DNA of 64,000 bases from Phoronis australis. Taxonomy: Eukaryota; Animalia; Phoronida. Position 1 is the first letter of the stretch. Each line of letters opens with the position of its first letter. Location of the stretch: the NCBI GenBank assembly GCA_002633005.1, contig NMRA01000135.1:185115-249114 (forward strand). Direction: 5' to 3'. Below, one piece after another: positions 11,001 through 22,609 of this stretch. Made by a program: the position numbers and the translations under genes. Below the pieces are notes generated by a model. The model searched no databases and was not told where the DNA came from. It saw only the letters and a program-made list of their open reading frames with translations.

Positions 11001-13257
11001 GTGTTCCCTCTGGCTTCCAAGTTGGTCTACAACTTTTCACCCGCATGGAAAACGTTGGAAGAGTCCATTGTTGATCGGTAGGTATCATTAATGTCTATTT
11101 TTATGTCACAAAATGTTATTTCATTGTTTTTATCGGTTCTACATCGTTTACAACCAGGCCCATAAATGTACATCAGAAAAGTTGTATCTGAGTTGTGTCA
11201 GGTTTTGATATGTTAGTTTGCAGAAAAGTAAAGTCTCTAACCATGCTGTGGAAAATTAGTTTAATGAAATATTTAAAACTTTTTGTTTTCTACAGATCGC
11301 TCGCATTATTTGAACAAGAAGACATCAATATTTATGCTGAGAGAGCCTTAGTGTTGATCAAAATTGCCTCCACTTTAAAGGTAAGTTAACATGCTAAAGA
11401 TAAGTTAACATGCTAAAGGTAAGTTAACATGCTAAAAATAAGTTAACATGCTAAAGATAAGTTAACATGCTAAAGGTAAGTTAACATGCTAAAGATAAGT
11501 TAACTTGCTAAAGATAAGTTAACATGCTAAAGATAAGTTAACATGCTAAAGATAAGTTAACATGCTAAAGATAAGTTAACATGCTAAAGGTAAGTTAACA
11601 TGCTAAAGGTAAGTTAACATGCTAAAGGTAAGTTAACATGCTAAAGGTAAGTTAACATGCTAAAGATAAGTTAACATGCTAAAGATAAGTTAACATGCTA
11701 AAGATAAGTTAACATGCTAAAGATAAGTTAACATGCTAAAGGTAAGTTAACATGATGTTTGTTTATTTATTTATTTATTTATTATTGTGATATTTAAAAT
11801 GAGGGTGGCCTCTTCAGTGACAGCACTGCTTTCCAAGAGGGCCCTCAAATCAATGTAGTCAGCATGCTGGACAGGTGCTGTTAGTCAAAAATACCCAGTG
11901 CTATCATTCTTTTATTTCACATTGACTTAACTGTAATTTTTCTCAATTCTGCTTCTGACAAACCATTCGGCCCAAAGGTCAGAGATGATGGAAATTGCAT
12001 TTAAGTGTAGTTGCTGTAATGCAATGTAATACAGTTGTTTCATTTTGTCACATTTTTAATTACGTTGAATTTAACAGTCACTTTGAAATAACTTGCACAC
12101 TCCAACGGGCATATCCTCAACCCCTGTGTGCAGTGTTGCCTTCATTCTGTTTCTCAAAGACCCACTGGTAGGTGGATTCAAATGCCTGAAATTTTATGGA
12201 TCATTGTTAGGTTACATTTGGGCCTGGTTGCATAAATTTGAAAGTTTTACGCTGGATAACAACAATCGCATTACACTTTTGTGCATCATGCTCCTGTTGT
12301 TGAACAATGCATTTGATGTCGTCACGTGACAATCCAAATTACCCATTGAAAATAGTTTATAGTTTGTTGCATCCCAGCTCTGATATGGAAATCATGCTAG
12401 CCATGAAGTGAAAAACAAATTATAATTTTATTAATGAGATATTTGATGAAATTTAATTTCAGTGCATGTATTTCTAAAAGAATTACTCTAAAATTCTACG
12501 ATTATCATTATCGTTATTTTTTTTCTTTATCATTATCTTTATCATCATTATCACTATCATAATTATCACTATCATCATTATCTTTATCATCATTATCATC
12601 ATTATCATTATCATAATTATCACTATCATCATTATCTTTATAATTATTATCTTTATCATCATTATCTTTATAATTATTATCTTTATAATTATTACACCTT
12701 TATTGTTGTTAATTAAAGTCAGCTGATATTAACATGTTCCGGTTATCACGTAGGGTAAAACCTCCTTAGATTTAAAGAAAAATAATGGTCAAAATTGTTA
12801 TTGTTTGATTTTTCAAATGCTCACTGTATTGCCAAAAATGTAAAAAAATGTGTTTTTTGATGACAGCGGTACTGCATGAAGTTTTCTAACAATCAACTTT
12901 GTTTAATCTTATTGAAAATTTTGATGAAATGAATTTCTATTGTTCCCCCATATTGTGTTCTAAATTGAAGCAACTTAACCGAAGTTCCCATTCTCAATTT
13001 CATCTCAGGTCAGACTTTCTGAAAACAACGAGAAATTGGACTCGAGTGCTATGAAGAAATGGTTGTCAAATGAACAGCAGAAAGTTGCAGAAGACCTTCT
13101 GAGATGTTTAGATGTATGCCAAAGGCACACAGGTACTCCCATTACATTGTCTTGTTCATTGTTTGGTTTTGGTGTTTCTGATTGGTGGGAGGATGTTATG
13201 AAGAGCGAGCTATCATCAGGATCACTATTTCAAGCCTATCTTGAAACTTGGAAATAA
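8054..13257 (+). CDS. THADA: THADA-like (thyroid adenoma-associated / Trm732-like HEAT-repeat protein), C-terminal exons
   Basis: Phase-consistent exons at 8054-8203, 10434-10539, 10926-11077, 11296-11380 and 13009-13257 (TAA). They give AEVDQWCCSVRSAAEPTNCETLRYNCAVGLQ...ILYSIFATSLVLLEDENSEVRDEATVFVAAL...SLALFEQEDINIYAERALVL...YLETWK*. This resembles the recalled THADA C-terminus (LKQWVQ...LTLLQSEEQAVRDAAT...YLFEKAEVNFWAE). It could be a paralog or a partial duplicate. Confidence 0.65.
9316..9444 (-). CDS. Candidate upstream (possibly first coding) exon of the NWD-like gene
   Basis: ccccag|ATG...CTG|GTAAAA gives 43 open codons (MLALRNRIRHNRGRGPMAELKVAPSAPRRKLGYVTLAHSNRTL) with a phase-0 end that fits the phase-0 start of exon 3727-3579. 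There is no homology support. An alternative candidate exon lies at 5600-5560. Confidence 0.25.
10180..10340. repeat. Tandem duplication, two imperfect copies of about 80 bp
   Basis: ATTGCCTGTGACTTGATTTAAAAACAGAAATGGAATCCTAT...GGAATATTTAGAGACACATTTTACGA is repeated immediately with a few substitutions. Confidence 0.85.
11376..11754 (+). repeat. 19-bp minisatellite, 20 copies, unit TAAAG(G/A)TAAGTTAACATGC, starting at the exon/intron junction at 11380/11381
   Basis: Counted directly: 8 copies carry AAG|GTAAGT and 12 carry ATAAGT in place of GTAAGT. Confidence 0.97.
11758..11848 (-). mobile_element. 3' tail of a non-LTR retroelement (CR1/L2-group LINE or derived SINE): stem-loop plus (TAAA)n
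   Basis: The reverse complement GAGGG-C-CCTCTT-GGAAAG-CAGTG-CTGT-CACTG-AAGAGG-CCA-CCCTC is followed by an AATAAATAAATAAA tail. Related copies occur at 29613-29692 (+) and about 2815-2875 (-). Confidence 0.55.
12500..12695. repeat. Low-complexity (ATC/ATT)n trinucleotide-based repeat
   Basis: Reiterated TATCATTATC/TATCTTTATC/ATAATT motifs. Confidence 0.9.
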
Positions 13258-16200
13258 AATTTAAGATGTAAAAGGTGATAGTGTCAGTACATATTATACT
13301 AAAATTGCTAGAAGCTCTCTGTGTGTGCCCGGCCTTTTTCAGGGTTACTCAACAGAACACTTTTTACCATCATTTGGTGATGGTTATTTTTATTCATCTA
13401 GGTAAATTACTAAATGCGAAATTTTGTAAATCACAAACTTCTGGAAACTTAGAGTACTATTTTCCCCAACGTTGCGGAGCTGCCTGGCTTCTCTTACTGA
13501 GGGTTGACGACTGACTGGTTCCTGTGAAGACTGTGTCGCCCTCTGCCGGTGTTCATAGACAACAACTGCAAGGCCCTGAACCGTGAGTGAGACAACTTAA
13601 ATCTGCCATCTCCCAGTCTGTTCAGAGGCTGTGTAGTTGAAAACTAAGAATGCCTTTTTAAATAGACACAGAGGAGTCAGATTTCAGCTGTCTGACTCAT
13701 GACCAATGGCAATGCTGTTGTTTTCAAGGAACACTTGCAGAGCGCAGTGTTATTTTCTTGGGAACCAGTCAATCATCAACCCAGGTAGCCTCATGTCGGA
13801 GAAATATTACAGTAGGTTTCCAGAAATTTGTGATTTATAATTTTTCTTATTTACTTATCTGGTTTATATGTTATCATTAAGACTAGTCCCTTATGTTGCT
13901 TCGTTTTATTTCGGTTGACTTGGAATGTCAGTCTTTACATTGACTTTCAAGGGAACTCAAATATCGAGTTTCGTATACTTTTGCATTTGTAAAGACTACT
14001 GTAGGCTTATCTTGTGTGGTTTTTTGCTGAAAAAGCTTTGATTGTTAAACGGTTTTCTTACAATTGTCATTTTCTCAGAAGATTTTTTTTCTAGTGTGTT
14101 CTCTACTTCTTTTTTCATAAACGACATTTCTTGGCAAACTCTTGGCAGGTGGCTGGAGTAAGCATGTGCTTAGTTCAATATTGCATACTACAAGGAGAGA
14201 TGTGTATAAGAAACGAATTGCAGCGCCCAAGAAAGACAGTTTAGTTTATTGTGAAAGAATTGTGCTTATGACAAAAAGCTTTGTTACTCCAATACTATTG
14301 CAATTTATGAGGAAGACTGTCTACCTTGCTTAACACCGTAAGTCTTTTGATATATAAACAAAACATTGTACCAATTCCTGTGGATAGTTGACCAGGTGTT
14401 CCATTTTATTCCAGGAGCTCTCTTTTCTTTGACATCTTCTTCAAAGAACTATACTGCCATACTGGGATTGCTTCTCTACACTGACTTGATTGCATTGGCC
14501 TCAAAACGATTTGGTGTTGACTGTCAGTCCAACCTGGAAAGATTGTCGTCAGAAATTCTCAAGGTACCATAGGCTTTAAAAGGACTCATTTTTAGCTGGA
14601 AAAAGTGTGTCTGCAAAGAATAGTATTGATTCATATCCAGTTAAATAAGGGTGAAAAATGCATTGAACTGGCATTAAGTCCATGCATTCTGCCAAACATT
14701 TTGGTTTGTGCTTTACTCAGTTTAGAAGTGTGGGCGTGGTATGTCAAAGAAATCACACTTTCTTTGATAAAGGAACATTTTGCTGAATAATGGGTATTTT
14801 TTGTCATGCGTTTAGTCTTGAAATTAGTTTTGTAGAACTGACATCAATGTACAGAAACAAGTTTGGTTCAAAGGTCTTTGACATTGTAAAAAGCTGCTCA
14901 GTTTAGTTTCTTTTGGTGAGGTGTTTATGCTTTTACTTCTCATGGAGACTTGGACAGGCTGAACAATGAAGAAATATTTCGCACGCAGGGAAAAGCCATG
15001 AAAAATGAATGATAAAAACAAAACTCAATGTGCATTACATGAGATTGACAGAAAAACATTATTTTGCGAATCATATTGCAGGTTCTTTTATTCTTTTATG
15101 CTTGGCAACAATCACTTTAGCAAGTCTACTTTTTGTTTGGAAACAACTTACAGTACTCCTGAAAAAATTGTGGCAAATTCATGGAAAATAAAAACCTAAA
15201 AATGAGTGGGACCATGGAGGAATTCATGTTGAAACATTTTATACTGCCAATTTGTTATGGTGAAATCTCACCGATTTCGGACAAAAATATTTCCAAAGCT
15301 TTTTTGTTGAGAATAATCCTAATTCCTCAAAACATTTGTCTGGTTGTAACTTTAGCGTACATTGTACAAGACAAATGTAATCTGACAAAATACCGTGTCC
15401 CCGTCATGACGACTAATTCTGTTACCAACAAAAATGACTGTTAATAACTATTCGGGTTGCAAAATTCTAATTATAGCGTGGCTTATCCACCCTGTTAATT
15501 CCCGTTCATTCTCAGTCACAAAGAAGACTACTCCTACGATGAATTAGGCTTTTGCCCAGCTATCACCAGGGTAATTCCGGTTAATTTTGTCTGTATAATG
15601 TTGGCTTGTACTGTAACTTAAATGATTGGTAAAATTTTATCGTTAATAGAGTTGCAGTCTTTAGTTCACTCTGATGGGGCAAATTTGTTGCATCTAAAAA
15701 TGAAACGTTTGCTTTTCCATAGATGTCACCAGATGTATCATTCAAATCTACTGTATTTTTTCAGCTTGAAAACGTTCACAGTGGAATTCAATGGGCCCTC
15801 AAGAAGTGAATTGGTTCACGAATCAACCTTATAAAATATGTCATCCAGTTTTGGGATTCTACATGTGTCTGTGTTACTTGAAATTAGTCTTCAATAAAGT
15901 TTTTTATTTTTAAAAATGCATTTTCTTATGCATCCCACTCATTATAGTAAACCAGAAAATGACATAAATAGTCTTTATGCATGGAAACTCACAGAAAAGG
16001 ATGAAAAGAGGAAATCACAAAAGATGAAAAGGGCAAATACTTGTGGGAAATTCCATAATAGCAAGTTGTATGGTCTCCTCACACATTTGAATATCCTTGG
16101 TAACGATCATTAGTAAGCTTGATTTTTGTGTGAAAAATGAAAATTGTTTCCTTGAGAAACCAGGTTAAGTTGTCAGAAAGTGGGCCATTCGGACGTTTCT

Positions 16201-16534
16201 CTTCAGGGCCATAAGGTTAGCACTTGACAAATGTAGTTGGCAAATAATGAAACTGGCTACTCCAAATCGTTGAGTTGCTAATGCCGGAATATTTTTTGCT
16301 TCTTCTGTAATGATTAATCCATTATTAAAGGGAGTAAATCAACCTAAAGTTGTGCAAATGAGGTTCTAAGTTGAAATATTTGATGACCAGTTGAAAAATT
16401 GATTATGCATTTGAAGAGAAATCACGTTGGGTCCCTGCGTCCTGATGGTAAAGTGTTACATAATGAACAGTGAGATGAGTTCACCTATTCTGGGATTGGC
16501 TATTCACTTATTCTTCAATGTTGCTAGCAGAGTG

Positions 16535-16670
16535 GCCACCAAAGAACACAGCTTTACCATTATTGACATTGATACTAATCCTTGCTTGAAACTGCGTGAA
16601 GCCATTCACATTCAGTGTTTAGAAATGCTCTCACTCACTGCATAGGTTTCCTATGAGTCGTTGACAATGT
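16535..16670 (+). mobile_element. Penelope-like element remnant (C-terminus of GIY-YIG endonuclease)
   Basis: Translates as ...EHSFTIIDIDTNPCLKLREAIHIQCLE..., matching the PLE motif F.I.....L.(I/L)(K/R)EAIHI. Confidence 0.5.
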
Positions 16671-18099
16671 TACACTGAGTTGTGATTTACTGATTGCTAG
16701 CCAATCCTGTTTTGGTATTTTTGTCTGTTTTGGAATTTTCTGTGTATTATACTTGTGGCCATCCTGGCATCCATTCTCGGAATACAGCTTGACAATCATG
16801 AGTGGATGTTTTACCCCTGAAACATCATGTCGCTACATCTTAGAAAAGTTGTTGTCTTTATTCGAACTTTACTGCATTGTATCTATTGTTAGATCATATT
16901 CTTATACAGAGCAAACCAATACCTGGGCACCTTAGAAAATGAGTGAGGTCTGTCCTTAGATCATAGTTATGAAACACCTTATCTGGGACATTCGGTATGG
17001 TCGATCGCTACAATTAATTTACCCGACTGGGACACCTATTCCGCTTGCCATGAGACAAACCCTACGCTAACATTTTGGGTTTTTGTTGCCCCAACGCCTA
17101 AGCGAGACTGTGACTAACCCCGTCATAATCGATTCGTAAATTAATGCTCGTTGCTCAGCCGGGATGTTGAAGAAAATCTATTCGTTAATTTCTCATATAA
17201 TTTTGAAAACTCAAAGACGGCTTATATTTACTTTTGAAAATGGTCATTTTGGTCTTTTGCCTAAGTAAGTGTTCGTTTGTTTACTTTGAAACTCGCGCGC
17301 AACAGACGTGTTCAAGTTGGTTTACAGCCACTGGGTCGCGGCCGGAGTTGAGGCCAACTGCACTGAGCCTTTTGCGGGGATTAAATTAGTAGTCTATTGG
17401 ACCACGCGCGGATCCTGCAAAACTTTTTGCTGAAAAAGTGCCGTCTAACCGCAGTTTTTGGTACACGGCTGCGGGCACCATGTCATACGAACTAACCCCG
17501 GCCTGCCACCGGGGAGGGGCCGCCGGAATAGTCCTTAATGTCTACATCAGTGGCTCTTGCCTTACATTTTTTGTACCGGCATTTGTGAAAAAGTGCATGT
17601 CAAAGACGATCCTCTCTACGGTTTCTGAGAGAGAGAGAAACTTTTATTTTGAATCATATACCGTAAAACATACATTGTTATGTGACTGGGTGGCTAGCAA
17701 AGACATGGGCCGCTATAGATATTAACAATTAAGAAGAACAGTTTTAATAACAACCGAAAAAGTACATCTACAATGAAATAAGATACAATGCAAGTTTATT
17801 TAAAACGTAAATTAAATGCATTTTACAAAGAATTAAACACGGAAACTATTGATACAAGGGAGGTCGCACGGCAGTTGAAAAAGCGTAAGATGTAAGACAA
17901 GTGATCACGATTACTTCAATTAGAACATGCATAACAATGTAGAACGTTACACTGAGACCTGTAAGTGCTTCATATGTATTTTTAAATACATGGAGAACCC
18001 ATGTAAACTATGCGTGTCGATTTTGTTTGTTACATAGTCTCGGAAGGATACAGTTGCTTATTAGATTCGGTATTTTGAACATTAATGAATTTTCAAAAC

Positions 18100-21000
18100 T
18101 TTTTCTGTTGTAGGTGGGCAGTTTTAAGGATAGGTTGTAGACCGCTTATTCTAGGAGGATCTTCAATCTTGGTGACTGATGGAATTGGAAAAAAATTGTT
18201 CCTAAAAGTGAATAGGCTATTGATTATGTTTGAATTTGCAAAAGAATTTTAGGAAAGCTTGGTTAAATATGTCGTCAAGAAGAAGTGTTTTGATTTCCCG
18301 CAAATTGGTTCTGTGTGAAAAAAACGAAGTAAAGTTTCTCAAAGCTTTTTTTCTGCAGAAGTTATAATCTCGTACAATAATTGAACCTTTGGGCAATGAA
18401 AAGCTTCAAAATAGACAACACTGTCAAGTAAACAAGTTAGTTTTCAAATAGACAGGTTATTTGGTTCAGTTTTGACAAAAAGATAGGTTATTTGGATAAA
18501 TTTTGACAAACAGACAGGTTGAACTCCCATATACTCTGGGAGCCAGGGTGTTGAGCCTGGTTTTGCCGGATTAAGTTTTTTTTTTGCTGTTTCATATAAC
18601 CATGATTTAAGGGGGTGACCGTTCGCAAACCTTGAGCATTTTTTCAATATGCAAATTAATGTCGCCATAATGCAAAATTCTATTTTTGCTTATAATATCC
18701 TTACCAAGCACTTCTGCAGCCCGATAATTTTGACTTTTTTCATGGTCAATAATTTATAGTGCAAGTTTTTAGGTGAATACATTGTCAATTTTCATAATTT
18801 ATGCAAATTAAGACCGCCATTATGCAAGATTCTATTTTTGCTTATAATGTCCTTACCAAGGACTGCAACCAGATAATTTGATGTTTTTACCCATGTTTCA
18901 TGGTCAACGAATTTAATAGTGAAAGTTTTTGGGTGGATACATCGTCAATTTGCATAATTTATGCAAATTAAGGCCGTCATTATTCAAAATTCTTCTTGTG
19001 CTTATAGCTACTGTACCAGGCACCACAGATGATCCATTATGCTATTTGCACCTATATTCCTTTGGTCAGCCAGTTTAATGAAATCGCTTTGCATGTTGTT
19101 GCATGATAAATTAGCATAATTAATGCAAATTTGCAGAACTAATGCAAATTAACGGCACCATTATTCAAAATTCTACTTGTGCTTATAGCTACTTGTGTTT
19201 ATAGCTGCGGTACCAAGTACCAAGGACCACAGGTAAACTCTCATGATATTGAACCTATGTTCCTATGGTCAATTAGGTTAATGAAATCAGTTTGCCACTT
19301 GCATGATAAATTAGCATAATTTATGCAAATAAAGGCAGCCACTATCAAAAAATTTCTTTCTAATCATCACTAGTATGCAATAGGAGCGAGCTGGACACCG
19401 TGCGGAATTATAGATGGTGAGAGTGATTTGTTTATGGCATCTTTTTTCCATCCATAGTCTTCTGGATCTAGTGCTGGTGACATTCCACCACATGACTGAC
19501 TGGTAATGGGCTCTGTTTACGTTCACATTCTCTTTGAATGCCTTTGTTGTCGGTGACAGTTTGGGGCTGGACGTATATTTCTTGCCATTTCTCTTCCCCA
19601 TACCAGTAGTCTGGTTCATGACATCTTCCTGATTTTTTTCATTCCGTGACAGGCACACATACATTTAGTGGCCTGTTTCATGACATAAGAAAAATGTGCA
19701 TTAAAAGTGCTGATGGAAGACAGGTCATGTCCAGCCTTCAAAATTTTAACGATGGATCACTTTCCAACTTCATTTGTAGCATGCCAACGTGTTACACCCC
19801 TACTGCGCATGGGCAGGGAGACCTTCACAATATCGCTACATGTTAACTTTTTTGTCTACGACTGTTCTACGCTTACTGTTTTATTTCATGCTTGTAGAAT
19901 TTGAAGCTGTTCCTTGTCGTAGTAATGCACACGAAGGACAAATACATTTTTGTCATCCGAAACAACCTAAAATTTGTTAAGTTCATATGCACATTTCACG
20001 TCCTGTTGGACAATAGTGGAGCTAGCTTCTTCATGGGTTTGTCTCGATCTCCAATGTCTTTGTATTGTGTTAAGGGACAAGGATCTTCATCAGTGATTGC
20101 CTACTTGTGTTCCTAACGTACTGGCAGCCTTTCTCGAAGTCTGATAACATTGCCTGCCCCATGCTTATTGTTTCATGTACGTTAACTGTTGAAGTAGCAA
20201 GACACTGCTAATAATCACCACTGCGTCTTTGGGATGGACATTGGGATCCAGTAGATCGATGCTGGTATCTACTTTTGACAGATCCGCGCAATTTCTTGGG
20301 CATGTGCATCAAGACGTGCCTTACTTTCTTCCGATCTAATGTTACCGCTCTCCATCTCTCCAAGATCTGTTTCATTCTTGTAGGACAAATGGCAACTTGT
20401 GCCCAAAGCTTAAGATTCTCTTCTTTGAGGGCAATTCTCTAGTATTCCCTCACTACTATATTCGTACCTCACCAATGTGGTCCCTATAAACTAATTGCTC
20501 CGAGCCCCATTCCAGCATTCACCCAAGTCATTAAACTAATTTGCGTTTTTTCTATGCAGTGGGAGCGCAGGGCTAGAGGCAAAATCTAAGTTTGGAATTT
20601 AAAGTCTCAAACTGCAGAACAAAACACTACACAAAATATTTTCTTACTTCATCAAAAAAGAGACTCTGCAAATTTATCATGCTACCACCTGCAAACAGAT
20701 TTCATTAAATTCATTGACCACTGAAACATGGATGCAAATTATTAACCTCTGGTGTTTGATGCATCAGTTATAAGCACAAGCAGAATTTTGAATGTGGTAG
20801 TTGTAATTTGTGTAAATTATCAAAAACATGAGATAAATTCGAAAATAATCTACATGTAACGCCCATAAGGAAGTTAAGAGCAGAAACAATATTTGGAAAA
20901 GTGGTGTCCATTATTTGTATAAAATATGAAAATTCATCATGCAACAACTTGCAAACTGATATCACAGAAACATGGGTAAAGGAGTTAAAATAGCTTACTT

Positions 21001-22150
21001 GGGGTGCCTGGTACTTCAGCTATAAGCAAGAGTAGAATATTGAATAATGGCAGCCTTAATTTGCATATATTAAGCAAATTCACGATGCAACCACCAGCAA
21101 ACGACGTCCATTAAATTCACTGACCATGGAAGCATGCGTGAAAACAATAAAGTAACCTGTCTGCAGTGCTTGGTAAGGACGCTTTAAGCAACAAATAATT
21201 TGAATAGTGGTGGCCTTAATTTGCATTAATTATGCAAATTTATCATGCAACAATATGCAAACTTATTTCATTGAACTAATTGACCATAGAAACATAGGTA
21301 TAAATATTATAATTCACTTGTGATGATTGGTACCGCATCTATTAGAACAAGTTAAATTTTGAATAAAAGCGGCCTTAATTTGCATAAATTATGCAAATTG
21401 ACGATGTATCCACCCAAAAACGTTAAATATTAAATTCGTTGACCATGTAAACATGGGTGAAAGCATCAAAGTAACCTGCCTGCAGTGCTTGGTAAGGAAA
21501 TTATAAGCAAAAATAGAGTTTTGCATAATGGCGGTCATATTTTGCGTAAATTATGCAAATTGACAATGTATTCACCTAAAAACTTGCACTATTATTTTTT
21601 TGACCATGAAAACATGGATAAAAACGTCAAAATTATCTGGCTGCAGTATTTGGGAAAGGAAATCATAAGCAAAAATAGAATTTTGCCTAATGGCAACCTT
21701 AATTTGCATATTTTAAAAAATGCTCAAGAGTTGCGAACGGTCACCTCCCTAAATCATGATAAGCTATGCCTAGGTTACATGAAACGGCAAAGAAAAAACT
21801 TTACGCCTAGGTTACATGAAACAGCAAAGAAAAAACTTTACCGGCAAACCAGGTTAAGTAAAAAAAAACAGCATTTGGCTCCCGGACTAATAGTGTTATA
21901 CCAAAATGTAAATGTGATAATATTAGATCATTGTAAATCATTAGGAGTGTGTGAGCATACTATTGCAAGACAATTTAGGACAAACAACCGGTTGTCTTGA
22001 CATTTATACCCAAGAGAGAACACTAGCCAGAGTGTACTCTACGCCGGACGGTAGTGCGGTCATAGACTATAATAGTGTAGTCAAATATTTTTGTGTAAGA
22101 GGCCTGAATGGATGTCCTGAAGACTGCTCGAGGTTACGACACAACGTAAG
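18100..22150 (+). mobile_element. Degenerate Penelope-like element split by the Academ-like insertion
   Basis: The left flank (about 18100-18531) contains decayed PLE-like coding text. Joined across the TSD it reads ...NSH|SVLYQ..KCKCDN....VCEH, which resembles the GIY-YIG region (VVY...C.C...YIG...R..EH). It is heavily mutated. Confidence 0.35.
18532..21889 (-). mobile_element. Academ-like DNA transposon, degenerate, with long subterminal inverted repeats
   Basis: Termini TACTCTGGGAGCCA... and ...TGGCTCCCGGACTA (consensus TAGTCCGGGAGCCA), flanked by a 3-bp ATA duplication (18529-18531 / 21890-21892). Arrays of about 155-180-bp units are inverted between the two arms. An internal minus-strand remnant, LSPTTKAFKENV..NRAHYQSVMW (19311-19664 ORF), matches the LPPT..AF..(N/H)V.RAH.Q..W motif of Academ transposases. 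Confidence 0.75.
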
Positions 22151-22159
22151 GTCACGGAC

Positions 22160-22195
22160 AACCAATAAAATTTCACAACTGTTGATGACGTCACT
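22160..22195 (+). promoter_or_regulatory. CCAAT box and palindromic CRE (TGACGTCA) upstream of the SLC25A29-like start
   Basis: CCAAT at 22162-22166 and TGACGTCA at 22186-22193, in a CpG-richer stretch about 420 bp before the ATG at 22610. Motif match only. Confidence 0.3.
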
Positions 22196-22609
22196 TTCTC
22201 ATAAACACAAAATGCGATGTATTTGTGAGCGTTTGTCACTAGCCTGCGGCATCATGAGGTGAATTTTGAGGCAGATTCTGTTCGGAAAGCATGACGAAAA
22301 CGTCATCACGTTGGCCTGGTTTGTGAGGGTGCTTTTGTGTTTGTTCATCAGAGCTATCTTGTTGACAAATTTCACATTCCTCGACAACGCAGTTCAGCAG
22401 TCGCACGTCAGAGGAGAGTTCGCTTGTTGAGAGCCCTAAGGCCTACTACTGTTTTAGTAGTTACCGTTGCGGTACACTGTCTGAACTGGGCCAGCACAGC
22501 TGGCTCACCGCAGACACGTAGTTTTGCAGTTGCTCTGAAGTTAATTGGTTCATGTTGTCTTCGCTCCACCGTGATTTCTGAGGGTAGTGATAAGCATCCG
22601 GAACTGGTC

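Noticed and set aside
11376-11754. CRISPR-like array
   Set aside because: Units are contiguous with no unique spacers, the context is a eukaryotic intron, and there are no cas genes.
21485-22000. 171-aa ORF as a gene
   Set aside because: It runs through the Academ-like right arm, including an internal duplication, and into flanking PLE-like remnant; a chance open frame.
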